Counted from the first letter of the stretch, positions 39,854 through 50,287 are shown. The stretch is DNA of 64,000 nucleotides from an uncultured Gemmatimonadota bacterium (GCA_951812955.1 OX638340.1:1088001-1152000); one strand, 5' to 3'. Notes: generated from the letters alone by a model not told the origin. A program made the numbers and translations.

Positions 39854-40636
39854 ATGGGTGTACTCGACAGCTTTGGTTTAAAAGGCCGCATCGCCGTGGT
39901 AACGGGCGGCGCGGGACCGCAGTTTGGCAGCAGCATCTCCGAGGCCCTGGCCGAAGCGGGCGCGACCGTGGTCGTCGCCTCCAGGAACATGGAGAACAAC
40001 CACCGGTTCGTTGCCGGATTGAACGAACGGGGATACGATGCGCATCCCGAAGAGCTCGACATCACGAACACCGAATCGATCGGCAGTCTGAAACAACGGG
40101 TAATGGACCGATTCGACCGCGTGGATATACTCGTCAACAGCGCGGTGGTCGGACGCGGCGGCGGGTTCGACGAACAGACCCCCGACTACTGGGCGGCAAG
40201 CGCTCAGGGAAACATGGTAGGCCTTTTCGCGCTGTGCAAGGCCTTCGTTCCGGTCATGGCCAAGCGGGGCGGCGGCAGTGTAATCAACGTTTCCAGTATC
40301 TACGGTGTCGTGGCCAACGACCCGGGCCTCTATGAAGAAACCGGGATGAAGCAGCCTCCCGACTACACCTTCGTCAAGGGCGGCATGATCAATTTCACCC
40401 GGTACATCGCAACCTACTTCGGGAAACAGGGCGTTCGGGCCAACTGCATCTGTCCGGGCGGTTACTTCAACGAACAGCCCGGTCCCTTTGTGCGCCGGTA
40501 CGAGCGCCGCGTTCCCCTCGGACGCATGCTGAACAACGAGGATCTCAAAGGTGCCGTAGTCTTCCTGGCCTCCGACGCATCCAGGTACGTCACCGGCGTC
40601 TCGTTGATGGTCGACGGCGGCTGGACGGCCCTCTAG
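39854..40636 (+). CDS. SDR-family oxidoreductase
   Basis: TGGAGPQFGSS Rossmann motif, SSIYG...Y..VKGG; AGGAG SD before ATG 39854. Confidence 0.8.
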   Translation: MGVLDSFGLKGRIAVVTGGAGPQFGSSISEALAEAGATVVVASRNMENNHRFVAGLNERGYDAHPEELDITNTESIGSLKQRVMDRFDRVDILVNSAVVGRGGGFDEQTPDYWAASAQGNMVGLFALCKAFVPVMAKRGGGSVINVSSIYGVVANDPGLYEETGMKQPPDYTFVKGGMINFTRYIATYFGKQGVRANCICPGGYFNEQPGPFVRRYERRVPLGRMLNNEDLKGAVVFLASDASRYVTGVSLMVDGGWTAL

Positions 40637-40672
40637 CAGGACCTCTCCGCTCGACGGTACAGTCTCTGCCGG

Positions 40673-40762
40673 GCCTGTGGTTCCAACCGTTCAACGTGCC
40701 GCGCCTGTTATTCCAGCAGTTCAACGTGACGCGCCTGTTGTTCCAACCGGTCAACGCGTTGC
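40673..40762. repeat. 3 tandem degenerate 30-bp repeats (cctgtggttccaaccgttcaacgtgccgcg) in convergent spacer
   Basis: read directly. Confidence 0.85.
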
Positions 40763-40786
40763 GACAGAATTCATGGACCAGTAGGC

Positions 40787-41491
40787 TCACGACTCCGGAT
40801 CGACGATCGATTTGTCCTGGGGATGATAGTCGATCGCTCGTCGGCCGTGGTCCAGGTCGTACATCCGCCCGGTACTGTCGGACACGCCGAATACGACCTC
40901 GAATCGAATGCCGGGGTGGATGACCGCCCGTTCGAACACCCGGACCGCGTCGCCGTGACTCAGGTGATGGGGATGTCCCGGCAGGTCCCGCTGTTTCTGG
41001 AAATTGCCTATGCGCACGCACACGACCTCCATGTCGGACCGCACCGCGTACATGTAACCCAGGCTTTCCCCGAAAACCTTGCTGATGGAATAGTAGCTTT
41101 CCGGCCTCGGAGTCATGTCGATCGTGCGGAAGACGTCCTGCGGATACGGCGCCAGGAGGCCCGCGCGGCTCGCGAAAGCAACCCGGCGCACACCGTTGCG
41201 GCTCGCCGCTTCGAAAAGCGTGTAGGTACCGATGAAGTTGGCATGCAGGATTTCGTCCCACGACGCGCCGCCCGATGGGTTGCCGGCCAGGTGGATCACT
41301 GCGTCCATGCCTTCCGTGGCCTGCATGACCGCGTCCATGTCGGTGATGTCGCCCACGACTTCGTCTTCCAGTCCCGTGGTCGGCACCCGGTCGAAACCGC
41401 GGAGGGGATATCTATCCTTAAGTCCGTTAACGATGATCGAGCCGATGACGCCGGCCGATCCGGTGACGAGTATACGAGGTGTTTCGTTCAT
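40787..41491 (-). CDS. NAD-dependent epimerase/dehydratase family protein (short, 234 aa)
   Basis: ILVTGSAGVIGS Rossmann motif, YSISK catalytic YxxxK. Confidence 0.7.
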   Translation of the reverse strand: MNETPRILVTGSAGVIGSIIVNGLKDRYPLRGFDRVPTTGLEDEVVGDITDMDAVMQATEGMDAVIHLAGNPSGGASWDEILHANFIGTYTLFEAASRNGVRRVAFASRAGLLAPYPQDVFRTIDMTPRPESYYSISKVFGESLGYMYAVRSDMEVVCVRIGNFQKQRDLPGHPHHLSHGDAVRVFERAVIHPGIRFEVVFGVSDSTGRMYDLDHGRRAIDYHPQDKSIVDPES

Positions 41492-42714
41492 TCCGACTCC
41501 TTGCGCATGAATGGTCCGTGCCGTTCAATCCAGTCGTAGGTCTCCTGCCACGGCGCGCTGCCGTCCTCTTCCCAGATCTCCAGCCTTACGCCGCGAATAT
41601 TGCCCTCGGGAAACCCGGTCAGGCGGCTGACCGAAGGATAGCCAATGGTATGGTATACGTTGCCGCTCGGTAGCATCAACTTTCCGATATGACGTGGAAT
41701 CTCGGTCTTCGGGTTCCCCGCGATACGCACCAGTTCCGCCTCGTCCACTTCCACACCCAGTCCGGGTCCTTCCGGCACCGGTGAGCTTCCGTCAGCCACC
41801 TCGATCCGGCCGCCGGTGACGTCCTCGCCGTACTGGTCGTCCAGGTTGACCGTGTGCATCACATTGGGGATCACCGCGCCGAGGTGGAGCGCCATGGCTT
41901 TGCTAAGCGTCCCCCCGGTCAGCTGGATCACGGTGGACACATTCGCCTCGGCACAGGCGAAGCCCCGTTTCAGACTCATGCCGATACCGTGCTCGCCGAC
42001 CATGTAGGCGTCGGCGCATCCGAGCGTGATCTCCGGTCCGCCGCCGAGTTGCGGTACGTGCATGAGCAGGGGGATCGTCGTCTTTTCCCGCAGGCGGCGC
42101 CATCCGTCCACGTCGCGCCAGACCAGGGGATCTTCGATCACGCCGACGACAGGAGACTTCTCCAGGTGTTCGACTATTCTCGCCACGTCGGCGCCCGACC
42201 GGTTGTGGTTGAAATCGTAGTGCATCTTGAATCCGGGAGGCGCGACCTCCTCCACCGCGCGGTTGTGCTCGTAGACATCGAAGAACGCGCATGTGTGCAT
42301 CTTGAACGCCATGTACCCCTCGTCCGCCGCGCGCACGACCTCGGCGGCCAGGTCTTCGGGAGATGTCGAGCGTGTCCACGCCGCGACCGGCACCCGGTCG
42401 CGAACCTTCTGACCCATGAGCTTGTAGGCCGGTATTTCGAGGTGTTTCCCCATGAGATCGTACAGGGCGCCCATGAGCGCTACCGGTAGTTTGGCGTTTA
42501 TGTGGTCGAAGGGATGGCTGCCGGTCAACCGGTCCACTTCCCTGATGTCCATCGTCACATGTCCCCGGCTTTCGCCGTAACCCACCACGCCGTTGTCCGC
42601 GGTCACCTTGAATACCGTCTGCGTATCGATTCCATTGAACAGGACCTTACGGCCCTCGTTGCGGTCGGCCAACCTGGGATTGATGTGTGTAATCGCGATA
42701 TCGGTGATTTTCAT
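41488..42714 (-). CDS. enolase-superfamily (MR/MLE) protein
   Basis: MKITDIAITHINP..., GVIEDP motif; start ATG 42714 (upstream part of caller's 580-aa ORF is non-coding extension); 4-nt overlap with downstream epimerase. Confidence 0.75.
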   Translation of the reverse strand: MKITDIAITHINPRLADRNEGRKVLFNGIDTQTVFKVTADNGVVGYGESRGHVTMDIREVDRLTGSHPFDHINAKLPVALMGALYDLMGKHLEIPAYKLMGQKVRDRVPVAAWTRSTSPEDLAAEVVRAADEGYMAFKMHTCAFFDVYEHNRAVEEVAPPGFKMHYDFNHNRSGADVARIVEHLEKSPVVGVIEDPLVWRDVDGWRRLREKTTIPLLMHVPQLGGGPEITLGCADAYMVGEHGIGMSLKRGFACAEANVSTVIQLTGGTLSKAMALHLGAVIPNVMHTVNLDDQYGEDVTGGRIEVADGSSPVPEGPGLGVEVDEAELVRIAGNPKTEIPRHIGKLMLPSGNVYHTIGYPSVSRLTGFPEGNIRGVRLEIWEEDGSAPWQETYDWIERHGPFMRKESE

Positions 42715-42752
42715 GGCCTGTCTCGTTTCCTTCCTGTTCTGCCGGGCATTTC

Positions 42753-43625
42753 CTATGAGTTCGCCAGCGACTTCGGCGTCCCCGCCTGATTCACCCCGTC
42801 CCGCACGGTGAGGGCGATCGGCCAGTTCTGCCCGCCCCGCTTTACGTACTCGTCCTCCGCACCGCATAGCCAGGTGAACATCTGTGCGGCGGCGAGCGCG
42901 CCCTGGAACTGTTCGAATACGCCGGCCGGGGGATTGAAGTCGATCGTATTGAAATCGATATCGTCCTGTTTTACCCAGTCCCGCACGGGCGGCGTGGTCC
43001 GCCAGTAGTTGTATTTGAGCAGGTTGCGATAGGCGCTCCTGCCCCGGGGGCCCGAGGTGGCTCGCGACCGGCGGTGCCAGATGCCGTAGACCGTAAGGAA
43101 GATCGTCCCCGCCGGGGCGGCCGTAGAAACCGTGCCGCGGATGGAACCCAGGTGGGCCATCATGGGCGCCTTGTTGCGCATGAAGTGCGAACCGGGCAGC
43201 ACGACGGTCGGCCCCATGTCCCCGGTGCATTCCTCCGGATAATAGAATACCTGAAGATACTCCAGCGCCGGGGTATAGATCGTACCGCCATCCCGGTGCC
43301 AGTTCTGCGGCTTGTCATATGGCAGCGGCCCCCGGTGATTGCTGATGATGAGCGGCAGCGTGAAATCGCGCCCCAGGAGCGACCGGACGGCGCCAGCCGC
43401 CTCCGGGTTCATGAGCACGCCGTCTACGAAGAACGACTCGCCCACGATTGGCGTGGGTTCGTAAGTGCTGTCACTGCGTTCCAGATAATCGACGACCTGT
43501 TCGTTGATCTCTTTAGGAACGACTTCCGGCAGCATCAGGAAGCCGTTGCGGCAGAAATCGACCACTTCGCGGTCCGTCATGGTCGCAGCGCAATCCATTT
43601 TCTTGCCGTAGGGCACCTTTGCCAT
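42753..43625 (-). CDS. phytanoyl-CoA dioxygenase (PhyH) family Fe(II)/2OG oxygenase
   Basis: HRDGG...H pattern; start at MAKVPYG (ATG 43625). Confidence 0.7.
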   Translation of the reverse strand: MAKVPYGKKMDCAATMTDREVVDFCRNGFLMLPEVVPKEINEQVVDYLERSDSTYEPTPIVGESFFVDGVLMNPEAAGAVRSLLGRDFTLPLIISNHRGPLPYDKPQNWHRDGGTIYTPALEYLQVFYYPEECTGDMGPTVVLPGSHFMRNKAPMMAHLGSIRGTVSTAAPAGTIFLTVYGIWHRRSRATSGPRGRSAYRNLLKYNYWRTTPPVRDWVKQDDIDFNTIDFNPPAGVFEQFQGALAAAQMFTWLCGAEDEYVKRGGQNWPIALTVRDGVNQAGTPKSLANS

Positions 43626-43627
43626 GC

Positions 43628-44095
43628 CTATCTCCACCTTTCCAGGACGAACTCGTATCCCAGGCCGTAGTTGTCCTGTTCGTTCATGGCCAGGGATGCC
43701 TCCGGAAACTTGATGATGCGCCATCCGTCGTCCAGCGCTTCCTTGATCGACCGGTACCTGAAATCGCCGTTTTCGTCGAGGCCGTCGGAGTCCGCTCCAT
43801 CTTCGTAGATGCTGATACCGACCACGGCCGAGTGGGGGTTGGTCGAGGGTGCGTGCAAGTAGAGCAGACTCTGTTTAGACCCGGTCGAAGACTCCTGCGG
43901 CTGCAGCTGCGGTTGCGTCTGCTTCTGTGCCTGCGGTTGCTTCTGCGCCTGCGCCTGCTTCTGTGCCTGCGGTTGCTCCCGCACCTTTAACTGCCCCTGT
44001 GCCTGAGCCAGGGCCCGGTCAATGTCCTTGATATCAAGTTTTCCGTTTTTGAAACGCTTCCTGATTCGTTTCAATATCGCGGTCATTTTATCCAT
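43628..44095 (-). CDS. hypothetical protein: basic N-terminal helix, Gln-rich (QAQKQ)n linker, ~90-aa unknown C-terminal domain
   Basis: ORF stop 2 nt before PhyH start codon; QPQAQKQAQAQKQPQAQKQTQPQLQPQ low-complexity tract. Confidence 0.5.
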   Translation of the reverse strand: MDKMTAILKRIRKRFKNGKLDIKDIDRALAQAQGQLKVREQPQAQKQAQAQKQPQAQKQTQPQLQPQESSTGSKQSLLYLHAPSTNPHSAVVGISIYEDGADSDGLDENGDFRYRSIKEALDDGWRIIKFPEASLAMNEQDNYGLGYEFVLERWR

Positions 44096-44277
44096 TCGTT
44101 CATCTACCTCATTACACACGCACACAATACACGCGCAGGCACGTGGCGGCCGGTCGTCCCCATGGCGGGAATGCCGGGCCTGGTCATTTAAGCTGGCTGT
44201 TGTCCGTTACGCGATTTCACGGAGAAATATGACCAACATAATCGGACGCCCGGCATGTGAAAAGAAGAAACGCTCAC

Positions 44278-45213
44278 CTATCGGCCCGCCAATCTTGCCA
44301 TGAGTATCAGGCTGCATTCTCCACAGACCAGCAGGGTGGCCAGGGTGAGGTGCATTACTTGCGCGGGTCGCGGCAGATCTCCGTAAGCAAGGGTGATGCC
44401 GATCAGGATTTGCAACATGATGCCGGCCAGGATGAGGCGGGCGACCGGAACCAGCCGGCTTCCGTGTGCGTGCCGCACGACGAATCGGTATACCAGGACG
44501 CCGGCAAGCAGGACTAGCCAGGAAGACAGCCGGTGTACGTGATCCACGAATCCCACCCGGGCCAGCCATTCGCCGCGGGGGAGGCCGCCGTCGTCTTTGA
44601 TGAAGGGATCGATGCCCTCACGGACCTGCGTGCCAAGGAGCAGTTGGATCGTCGTGACCGCCAGGAGTGCATACGCCAGCCGCAGGAGGACAGCGCGGGC
44701 TTCGGGCGCCATATTGACGCGGAACCGGGGTCCTGTGGACTGAAAGGTCACGTAGAGCAGGGCGCACAGCAGGATTACGGCGAGGAACATGTGCAGGGTA
44801 ATGATCCCGGGCTGGAGACCGGATCTGACCACCTGCCCACCCAGCCAGCCCTGGAAGCCGACCAGCACGAAACACAGGCCGGCGCCGTAGCAGACCGCGG
44901 GCTGTGTGCTTCGATATCGTAACGAACGCAGGAAGGTGACGAACACGAGTATTCCGATCACCACGCCCACGAGCCGGTTCGCGTATTCGATCCACATTTT
45001 GACGGGATTGAACGCGGCGATGTCGTAGCCCTTATCCAGTAGATAATCCCGGTCCAGGTCCTCGACGCTCGACGGCGGCAGCCAGGAACCCCAGCACCTT
45101 GGCCAGTCGGGACAGCCCAGGCCGGCCCCGGTGATCCGCACCAGGCTGCCGACGGATATCAGCAGAATCGTGGCTGCCAGCGTCGCCACGGCCGTTTTTT
45201 GAAAGGCGTTCAT
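44278..45213 (-). CDS. ctaA: heme A synthase (COX15/CtaA family)
   Basis: CPDWPRCWGSW motif, 8 TM, conserved His pairs. Confidence 0.75.
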   Translation of the reverse strand: MNAFQKTAVATLAATILLISVGSLVRITGAGLGCPDWPRCWGSWLPPSSVEDLDRDYLLDKGYDIAAFNPVKMWIEYANRLVGVVIGILVFVTFLRSLRYRSTQPAVCYGAGLCFVLVGFQGWLGGQVVRSGLQPGIITLHMFLAVILLCALLYVTFQSTGPRFRVNMAPEARAVLLRLAYALLAVTTIQLLLGTQVREGIDPFIKDDGGLPRGEWLARVGFVDHVHRLSSWLVLLAGVLVYRFVVRHAHGSRLVPVARLILAGIMLQILIGITLAYGDLPRPAQVMHLTLATLLVCGECSLILMARLAGR

Positions 45214-45353
45214 GATAGGCCATCATAGACCGGCAGGCCACTTTCGGCAAGGAATATTGGACCGGTTGGCGCATGTACGGGAAGTCTGATTTGTAGTTGC
45301 CAATCAGGCCGTCCAATTGTATTTTATGCGAAGCGGTACCGCGTGGTTATCGT

Positions 45354-45426
<73 letters not shown>

Positions 45427-45478
45427 TTCCCTTTAACATGCCGGGTGTTTCCCGGCGCTAAGCCGGAACGGACGGACC

Positions 45479-45844
45479 ATGTCATTCTACGAAGTGGAAA
45501 CCTGGGTTCCTAAGCCTGGCCGGAAGGTCGACCACGATGAAATGATCCGGACCTGGTTCGCCTTCGTCGAAGCCCACAAGGACGAACTGTTCCCCGAATG
45601 GCGGTCAGCCCGGTACTACCGCGAAGTGACGCGCGATACGGCCCGTGCCACCGGGCGATATGTCATGGTATTCGAGTACGTATCCCACGAAGGATTCCTC
45701 GCATACAAGGCGCGGCGCAAGGACTGGTCGGGACCCTATGCGGAATACAAGAAGGTGGATCCCTACCAGTTCTTCGACTTGGACACCGTCACCGAAACCT
45801 GCTGGATGCCCGAGGAACGGGACCGCTGGCTCGACTTCACCTGA
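45479..45844 (+). CDS. hypothetical small protein (121 aa)
   Basis: clean ORF immediately 5' of arginase-family gene; no recognised motif. Confidence 0.45.
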   Translation: MSFYEVETWVPKPGRKVDHDEMIRTWFAFVEAHKDELFPEWRSARYYREVTRDTARATGRYVMVFEYVSHEGFLAYKARRKDWSGPYAEYKKVDPYQFFDLDTVTETCWMPEERDRWLDFT

Positions 45845-45863
45845 GGACAGATGGATACCGCAA

Positions 45864-46637
45864 ATGGATACCATGGAAAACAGGTTCATCCTCACACCGT
45901 ACTTCCTGGACCGGCACGACCCTGCGCTCCTTGAGCTTGCACAGGACGACTGGGTCGTGAACGCGCCCGCTCTGCACGGCGACGACGAGATGTCCCGGAC
46001 CCTGTGCGTGCATCGTCCGCTCGCCGACCGGGTGGCCGAAGCCGCCGAGGCCGGCAGGCGGCCTGTCAGCGTCGCGGGGGACTGCTGCGCGACCATTCCG
46101 GTCATGGCCGGGCTCCAGCGCGCCGGCATCCACCCGATATTCCTCTGGCTCGACGCCCACGGCGACTTCAACACCTGGGAGACCACCCCGAGCGGTTTCC
46201 TGGGCGGCATGCCGCTGGCCATGATGGTCGGCCTGGGGGAACAGACGATGGTCGAAAATGTGCGCATGGATCCGATTCCCGACGCGGACGTCATCATGTC
46301 GGACGGGAGAGACCTGGACCCCGGTGAACGAAAACTGGTCGATGGTTCCCGCTTGAGGCACCTGCCCGACCCACTGGACCTGCTCGACTGCGGCCTGCCG
46401 GACCGGCCGGTCTACATCCATTTCGACACGGATCTCCTCGACCCGGCGGAAGCGCCGGCCATGGGGTACCCGGCGCCGGGCGGACCAACGTCAGGCGACC
46501 TCGAAAAAGTCTTCCGCCACCTTGCGGAGCATTGCGAAATTGCCGCCCTCTCCATATCCACCTGGCGATCCAATATGGACGAAGACGGCAGGAGCAGAGC
46601 GGTATGCATGGGGCTCTTCGATATCCTGACCGGCTGA
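45864..46637 (+). CDS. arginase/agmatinase/formiminoglutamase-family ureohydrolase
   Basis: LDAHGDFNT and HFDTDLLDP Mn-binding motifs; start at MDTMENRF. Confidence 0.7.
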   Translation: MDTMENRFILTPYFLDRHDPALLELAQDDWVVNAPALHGDDEMSRTLCVHRPLADRVAEAAEAGRRPVSVAGDCCATIPVMAGLQRAGIHPIFLWLDAHGDFNTWETTPSGFLGGMPLAMMVGLGEQTMVENVRMDPIPDADVIMSDGRDLDPGERKLVDGSRLRHLPDPLDLLDCGLPDRPVYIHFDTDLLDPAEAPAMGYPAPGGPTSGDLEKVFRHLAEHCEIAALSISTWRSNMDEDGRSRAVCMGLFDILTG

Positions 46638-46652
46638 TCGGCACCTCCCGCC

Positions 46653-47864
46653 ATGTCCTCCACTGATGCCATCTTCAAAGATCTGGTCGTCATCGAGGCC
46701 GCGAACGTCCTGGCCGGTCCCGCCGTGGGCATGTTCTTCGCGGAACTCGGCGCGACGGTAATCAAGGCGGAGAACCCGAAGACCGGCGGCGACACGACCC
46801 GCCACTGGAAACTGCCGACGGAACGGCGGGATGGGGACGTATCCGCCTACTTCTCGTCGGTGAACTGGGGAAAGCGATCCATCGGGATTGATTATTCGAT
46901 ACCGGAAGGATTCGCCGTCCTCTGCGACCTGCTGGTGCGCGCCGACGTGTTCCTGCAGAGTTTCAAACCGGGCGACGCCAGGAAATTCAGGCTCGATTAT
47001 CCCACCTTGCGCCGGCTCAACGACCGGCTCATCTACGCCGATATCACAGCCTTCGGCCACGAGGACGAGCGGCCTGGGTTCGATGCCGTATTGCAGGCGG
47101 AGACCGGCTTCACCGGTATGAATGGCACCGATGAGAGTGGTCCGGTGAAAATGCCAGTGGCCCTGATCGACCTGCTCCTGGCCCACCAACTGAAAGAAGC
47201 CCTGCTCATCGCACTCATCGAGCGGATGCAGTCCGGGCGGGGGTCATACAATACCGTGTCGCTGTTCCACGCCGGCGTCGCCTCGCTCGCGAACCAGGCG
47301 GCAAACTTCCTGGTGGCCGGAACCGTGCCGGGCCGCGCGGGATCGGACCACCCGAATATCGCTCCCTATGGTACCATATACGAGACCCGTAACGGCGAGT
47401 CCGTCGTGCTGGCCGTAGGCACGGACAGCCAGTTCCGGGCGTTGTGTGATGTCCTGGGTGTACCCGAAGCGGCAGAAGACGAGCGGTTCAGGACGAACCC
47501 TCAGCGAGTGGTTCATCGCGGCGCGCTGAACCGGCTGCTGGAGGATCGGATAGGCCGGCAGGAGAGGACCTCCCTGCTGGCTGCCCTGCAGTCCCGGAAG
47601 GTGCCGGCCGGCGCGGTCCGGCCGCTGGACGAAGTGCTTGCGCGGGAGTCCGTGGCGCCGTTGCGACTGCGCGGGAGGCAATCGGACGGCACCTCGATCA
47701 ACGGGCTGCGCTCGATCGCCTTTGAAAGTGACGCCGTTTCGCCGCCGGAATGCCTGAACGCCCCGCCGGGATTCGACCAGGACCGTCAGTTTGTGCTCGC
47801 GGAAGTCCTGGGCTATACCGAGGACCGCATCGAAGGGTTAAAGAAGGCTGGTGCGATCCTGTAG
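46653..47864 (+). CDS. family III CoA-transferase (CaiB/BaiF)
   Basis: N-terminal LVVIEAANVLAGP and conserved Asp region typical of CaiB/BaiF. Confidence 0.8.
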   Translation: MSSTDAIFKDLVVIEAANVLAGPAVGMFFAELGATVIKAENPKTGGDTTRHWKLPTERRDGDVSAYFSSVNWGKRSIGIDYSIPEGFAVLCDLLVRADVFLQSFKPGDARKFRLDYPTLRRLNDRLIYADITAFGHEDERPGFDAVLQAETGFTGMNGTDESGPVKMPVALIDLLLAHQLKEALLIALIERMQSGRGSYNTVSLFHAGVASLANQAANFLVAGTVPGRAGSDHPNIAPYGTIYETRNGESVVLAVGTDSQFRALCDVLGVPEAAEDERFRTNPQRVVHRGALNRLLEDRIGRQERTSLLAALQSRKVPAGAVRPLDEVLARESVAPLRLRGRQSDGTSINGLRSIAFESDAVSPPECLNAPPGFDQDRQFVLAEVLGYTEDRIEGLKKAGAIL

Positions 47865-48048
47865 TACAGCCGCTTACGGGATGCTTGGAGTAACGGATCC
47901 GGCGCCCCGCCCCGTATTCGATCCACGCGTTTCCAGGCAGCGGCAACCACCGTTGAAATGACCGGATTTTGGTTGCCAGTACAAGGCGAATCGTCGTATA
48001 TTAACACGGGTTTAGGAGGTGAGTGCCCGGAGCACACGGTGCACTGTT

Positions 48049-48885
48049 ATGTTAGAGTTCACTGCACCACGAAATACCCGGGGAACCTTGTTGGACATTG
48101 ATATCGCAGCCTACAGCGCGCGCATCGGCGTCGACGGACCATTGCCGCCGACGGCGGCAACGCTGCGCCGCCTGCACTATGCACATATGCTGGCCGTGCC
48201 CTTCGAGAACCTTGACATCCATTGGGGCCGCCCGATTGTGCTGGAGGAAAGGCGTCTATTCGAGAAGCTCGTGACGCAGCGCCGCGGCGGATTCTGTTAT
48301 GAGCATAATGGCCTGTTTGCAGCGGTACTGCGCGAACTCGGCTTTGCGGTCGACCTGCTGGAGGCGCGCGTGGGCGCGAAAGGCTGGGACGACGGCCTCC
48401 CCTGGGACCACCTGACGCTGCTGGTCGCACTGAAGGAACGCTGGCTGGTGGACGTGGGCTTTGGCGACGGATTCCGCGAGCCGCTGTTACTTGACGATGC
48501 GGTGCCACAGACGCGCGCGGAGGGCATCTGGCGTGTGCAACACGACGGCTGCGAGGGCCGGCATTCAAGCCGCACGCCGGCAGGTGACTGGAAACCCGAG
48601 TATCGCTTTCGGCTGCGGCCATGTCAGCTGGCGGACTTCAAGCCCGGTTGCGATTATCATCAGAACTCGACGGAGTCTCATTTTACGCAGCAGCGCATGT
48701 GTTCGCTTGCCACGAAGACGGGGCGTATTACGCTGAGCGACCGGCGCCTGATCGTGACGGAGGGGTTTTCGTCACGGGCCACCGCCAGCGACAATTCGGG
48801 AGACGCCAGGCGCCAGGAACGGGATTTTGCGGATGAAGCGGAGTTTCAGCAGGTGTTGCGGGAGCGCTTCGGGATCGTACCCTGA
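48049..48885 (+). CDS. arylamine N-acetyltransferase (NAT)
   Basis: FENLDIH, RGGFCYEHNGLF (catalytic Cys) motifs. Confidence 0.75.
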   Translation: MLEFTAPRNTRGTLLDIDIAAYSARIGVDGPLPPTAATLRRLHYAHMLAVPFENLDIHWGRPIVLEERRLFEKLVTQRRGGFCYEHNGLFAAVLRELGFAVDLLEARVGAKGWDDGLPWDHLTLLVALKERWLVDVGFGDGFREPLLLDDAVPQTRAEGIWRVQHDGCEGRHSSRTPAGDWKPEYRFRLRPCQLADFKPGCDYHQNSTESHFTQQRMCSLATKTGRITLSDRRLIVTEGFSSRATASDNSGDARRQERDFADEAEFQQVLRERFGIVP

Positions 48886-49061
48886 TCCAGGATCTGGCGA
48901 GCCGCCGGCTGCTGATCGGCCGGACGCGTTCGTGTTCTAAGTTTTCATGGTCATCTCTCGGGCAACTGCGCTACTTGCAAGGTCCACAGAGCAACTGAAC
49001 TACTTGCCGAAGCGCCGGGATTCGACAATCACGCGTACCTAACCAAATGCGAAGGAATATG

Positions 49062-49448
49062 AGCGAATTAATCATTGTTGGCGACCGCGTACTGGTGGAG
49101 CAGCACGACGGCGAGCAGCTCACCCATTCGGGACTTTACCTGCCCGCCACGGTTACGGAAAAGGAAAAGGTGGGAACCGGAAGGGTTGTCCGCGTGGGAC
49201 CGGGGCACCTGATGCCCAATCCCGATTACACCGAGGGAGACCCGGTTACGAAACCGGCCGAATCAGTGCGTTACCTGCCCCTGCAGGCCGAGACCGGAGA
49301 TTTCGCTTTCTACCTGCGCAAGGAGTCCATCGAGATCAATTACCAGGAGAAAACTTACATAATCGTACCTCACAACGCCATTCTGGCCTTGGTGCGATCC
49401 GACGGGAACGTGCTGCAGGACCTCGAGGACCTGCTCGGTGAATCGTAG
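49062..49448 (+). CDS. GroES/Cpn10-like protein with ~25-aa insertion, not adjacent to groEL
   Basis: IIVGDRVLVEQ...GLYLP...VVRVGPG...AILALV matches Cpn10 pattern. Confidence 0.55.
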   Translation, partial: SELIIVGDRVLVEQHDGEQLTHSGLYLPATVTEKEKVGTGRVVRVGPGHLMPNPDYTEGDPVTKPAESVRYLPLQAETGDFAFYLRKESIEINYQEKTYIIVPHNAILALVRSDGNVLQDLEDLLGES

Positions 49449-49579
49449 CCGGACCGCGTGAACGGGAAGCGGCCTTCGCGGGAGCCCTCGGTCCTACGGC
49501 GCAGGCCCACGACAGGGCGGCGCAGGCCCTGAGCCCATCGAATAACATTTGATAAACCCGAGAGAAGGAGCGTGAAACA

Positions 49580-50287
49580 ATGAACAGGACGGCGGCCTAC
49601 ACGGTCCAGCGTGGCATACCCGTCTCGCAACTGGGCGTCGACGCGAGAGGGGCGTTTATCACGCGAACCTACACCCATCTTCTCGGGGCGATCCTGGCAT
49701 TCGCCCTGATTGAGATCTACCTGTTTCAGACCGGCATGGCGGAGTCGATCGCCCGCGTGCTGCTCAGCGGGTCCTGGCTCATCGTACTGGGCGGTTTCAT
49801 GATCCTGAGCTGGATTGCGACCCATCTCGCGCACAATGCGCAGACCAAGGGGGGTCAATACGGCGCGTTGGGGCTGTTCGTCGTGGGCGAAGCCATTATC
49901 TTCACGCCGCTGCTCTACCTTGCGGATTCCATGGCGCCCGGCGTGATCAACAGCGCCGCCACGGTTACGCTCATCGGGTTTCTCGGGCTGACGATCGTGG
50001 CCTTTCATACCCGCAAGGACTTTTCCTTCCTCGGCGGGCTGCTGCGGTGGGGGTTCATCTGCGCCCTCGTGCTGATCGTAGCCAGCGTGCTATTCGGATT
50101 TCATCTGGGAACGATCTTCACCGTGGCCATGATCGTACTGGCGGGCGGCGCGATCCTCTACGACACGTCGAACGTCCTGCATCACTATCCCGAAGACCGG
50201 CACGTGGGCGCGGCGCTTCAACTCTTCGCCTCCGTGGCGCTGTTGTTCTGGTACGTCCTGCAGTTCTTTCTGTCGTCGAGAGACTGA
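49580..50287 (+). CDS. Bax inhibitor-1/YccA family membrane protein
   Basis: 7 [19 protein letters not shown]-terminal signature. Confidence 0.75.
   Translation: MNRTAAYTVQRGIPVSQLGVDARGAFITRTYTHLLGAILAFALIEIYLFQTGMAESIARVLLSGSWLIVLGGFMILSWIATHLAHNAQTKGGQYGALGLFVVGEAIIFTPLLYLADSMAPGVINSAATVTLIGFLGLTIVAFHTRKDFSFLGGLLRWGFICALVLIVASVLFGFHLGTIFTVAMIVLAGGAILYDTSNVLHHYPEDRHVGAALQLFASVALLFWYVLQFFLSSRD

Noticed and set aside
41488-43230. Caller's 580-aa version of the enolase ORF
   Set aside because: The first 172 codons are an upstream read-through extension overlapping the PhyH gene in another frame; the MR/MLE-family N-terminus MKITDIA with ATG at 42714 is the credible start.
48893-48935. GC-rich hairpin (gccggc...gccggc) after the N-acetyltransferase as a terminator
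   Set aside because: No convincing U-tract; low confidence, not listed as a feature.
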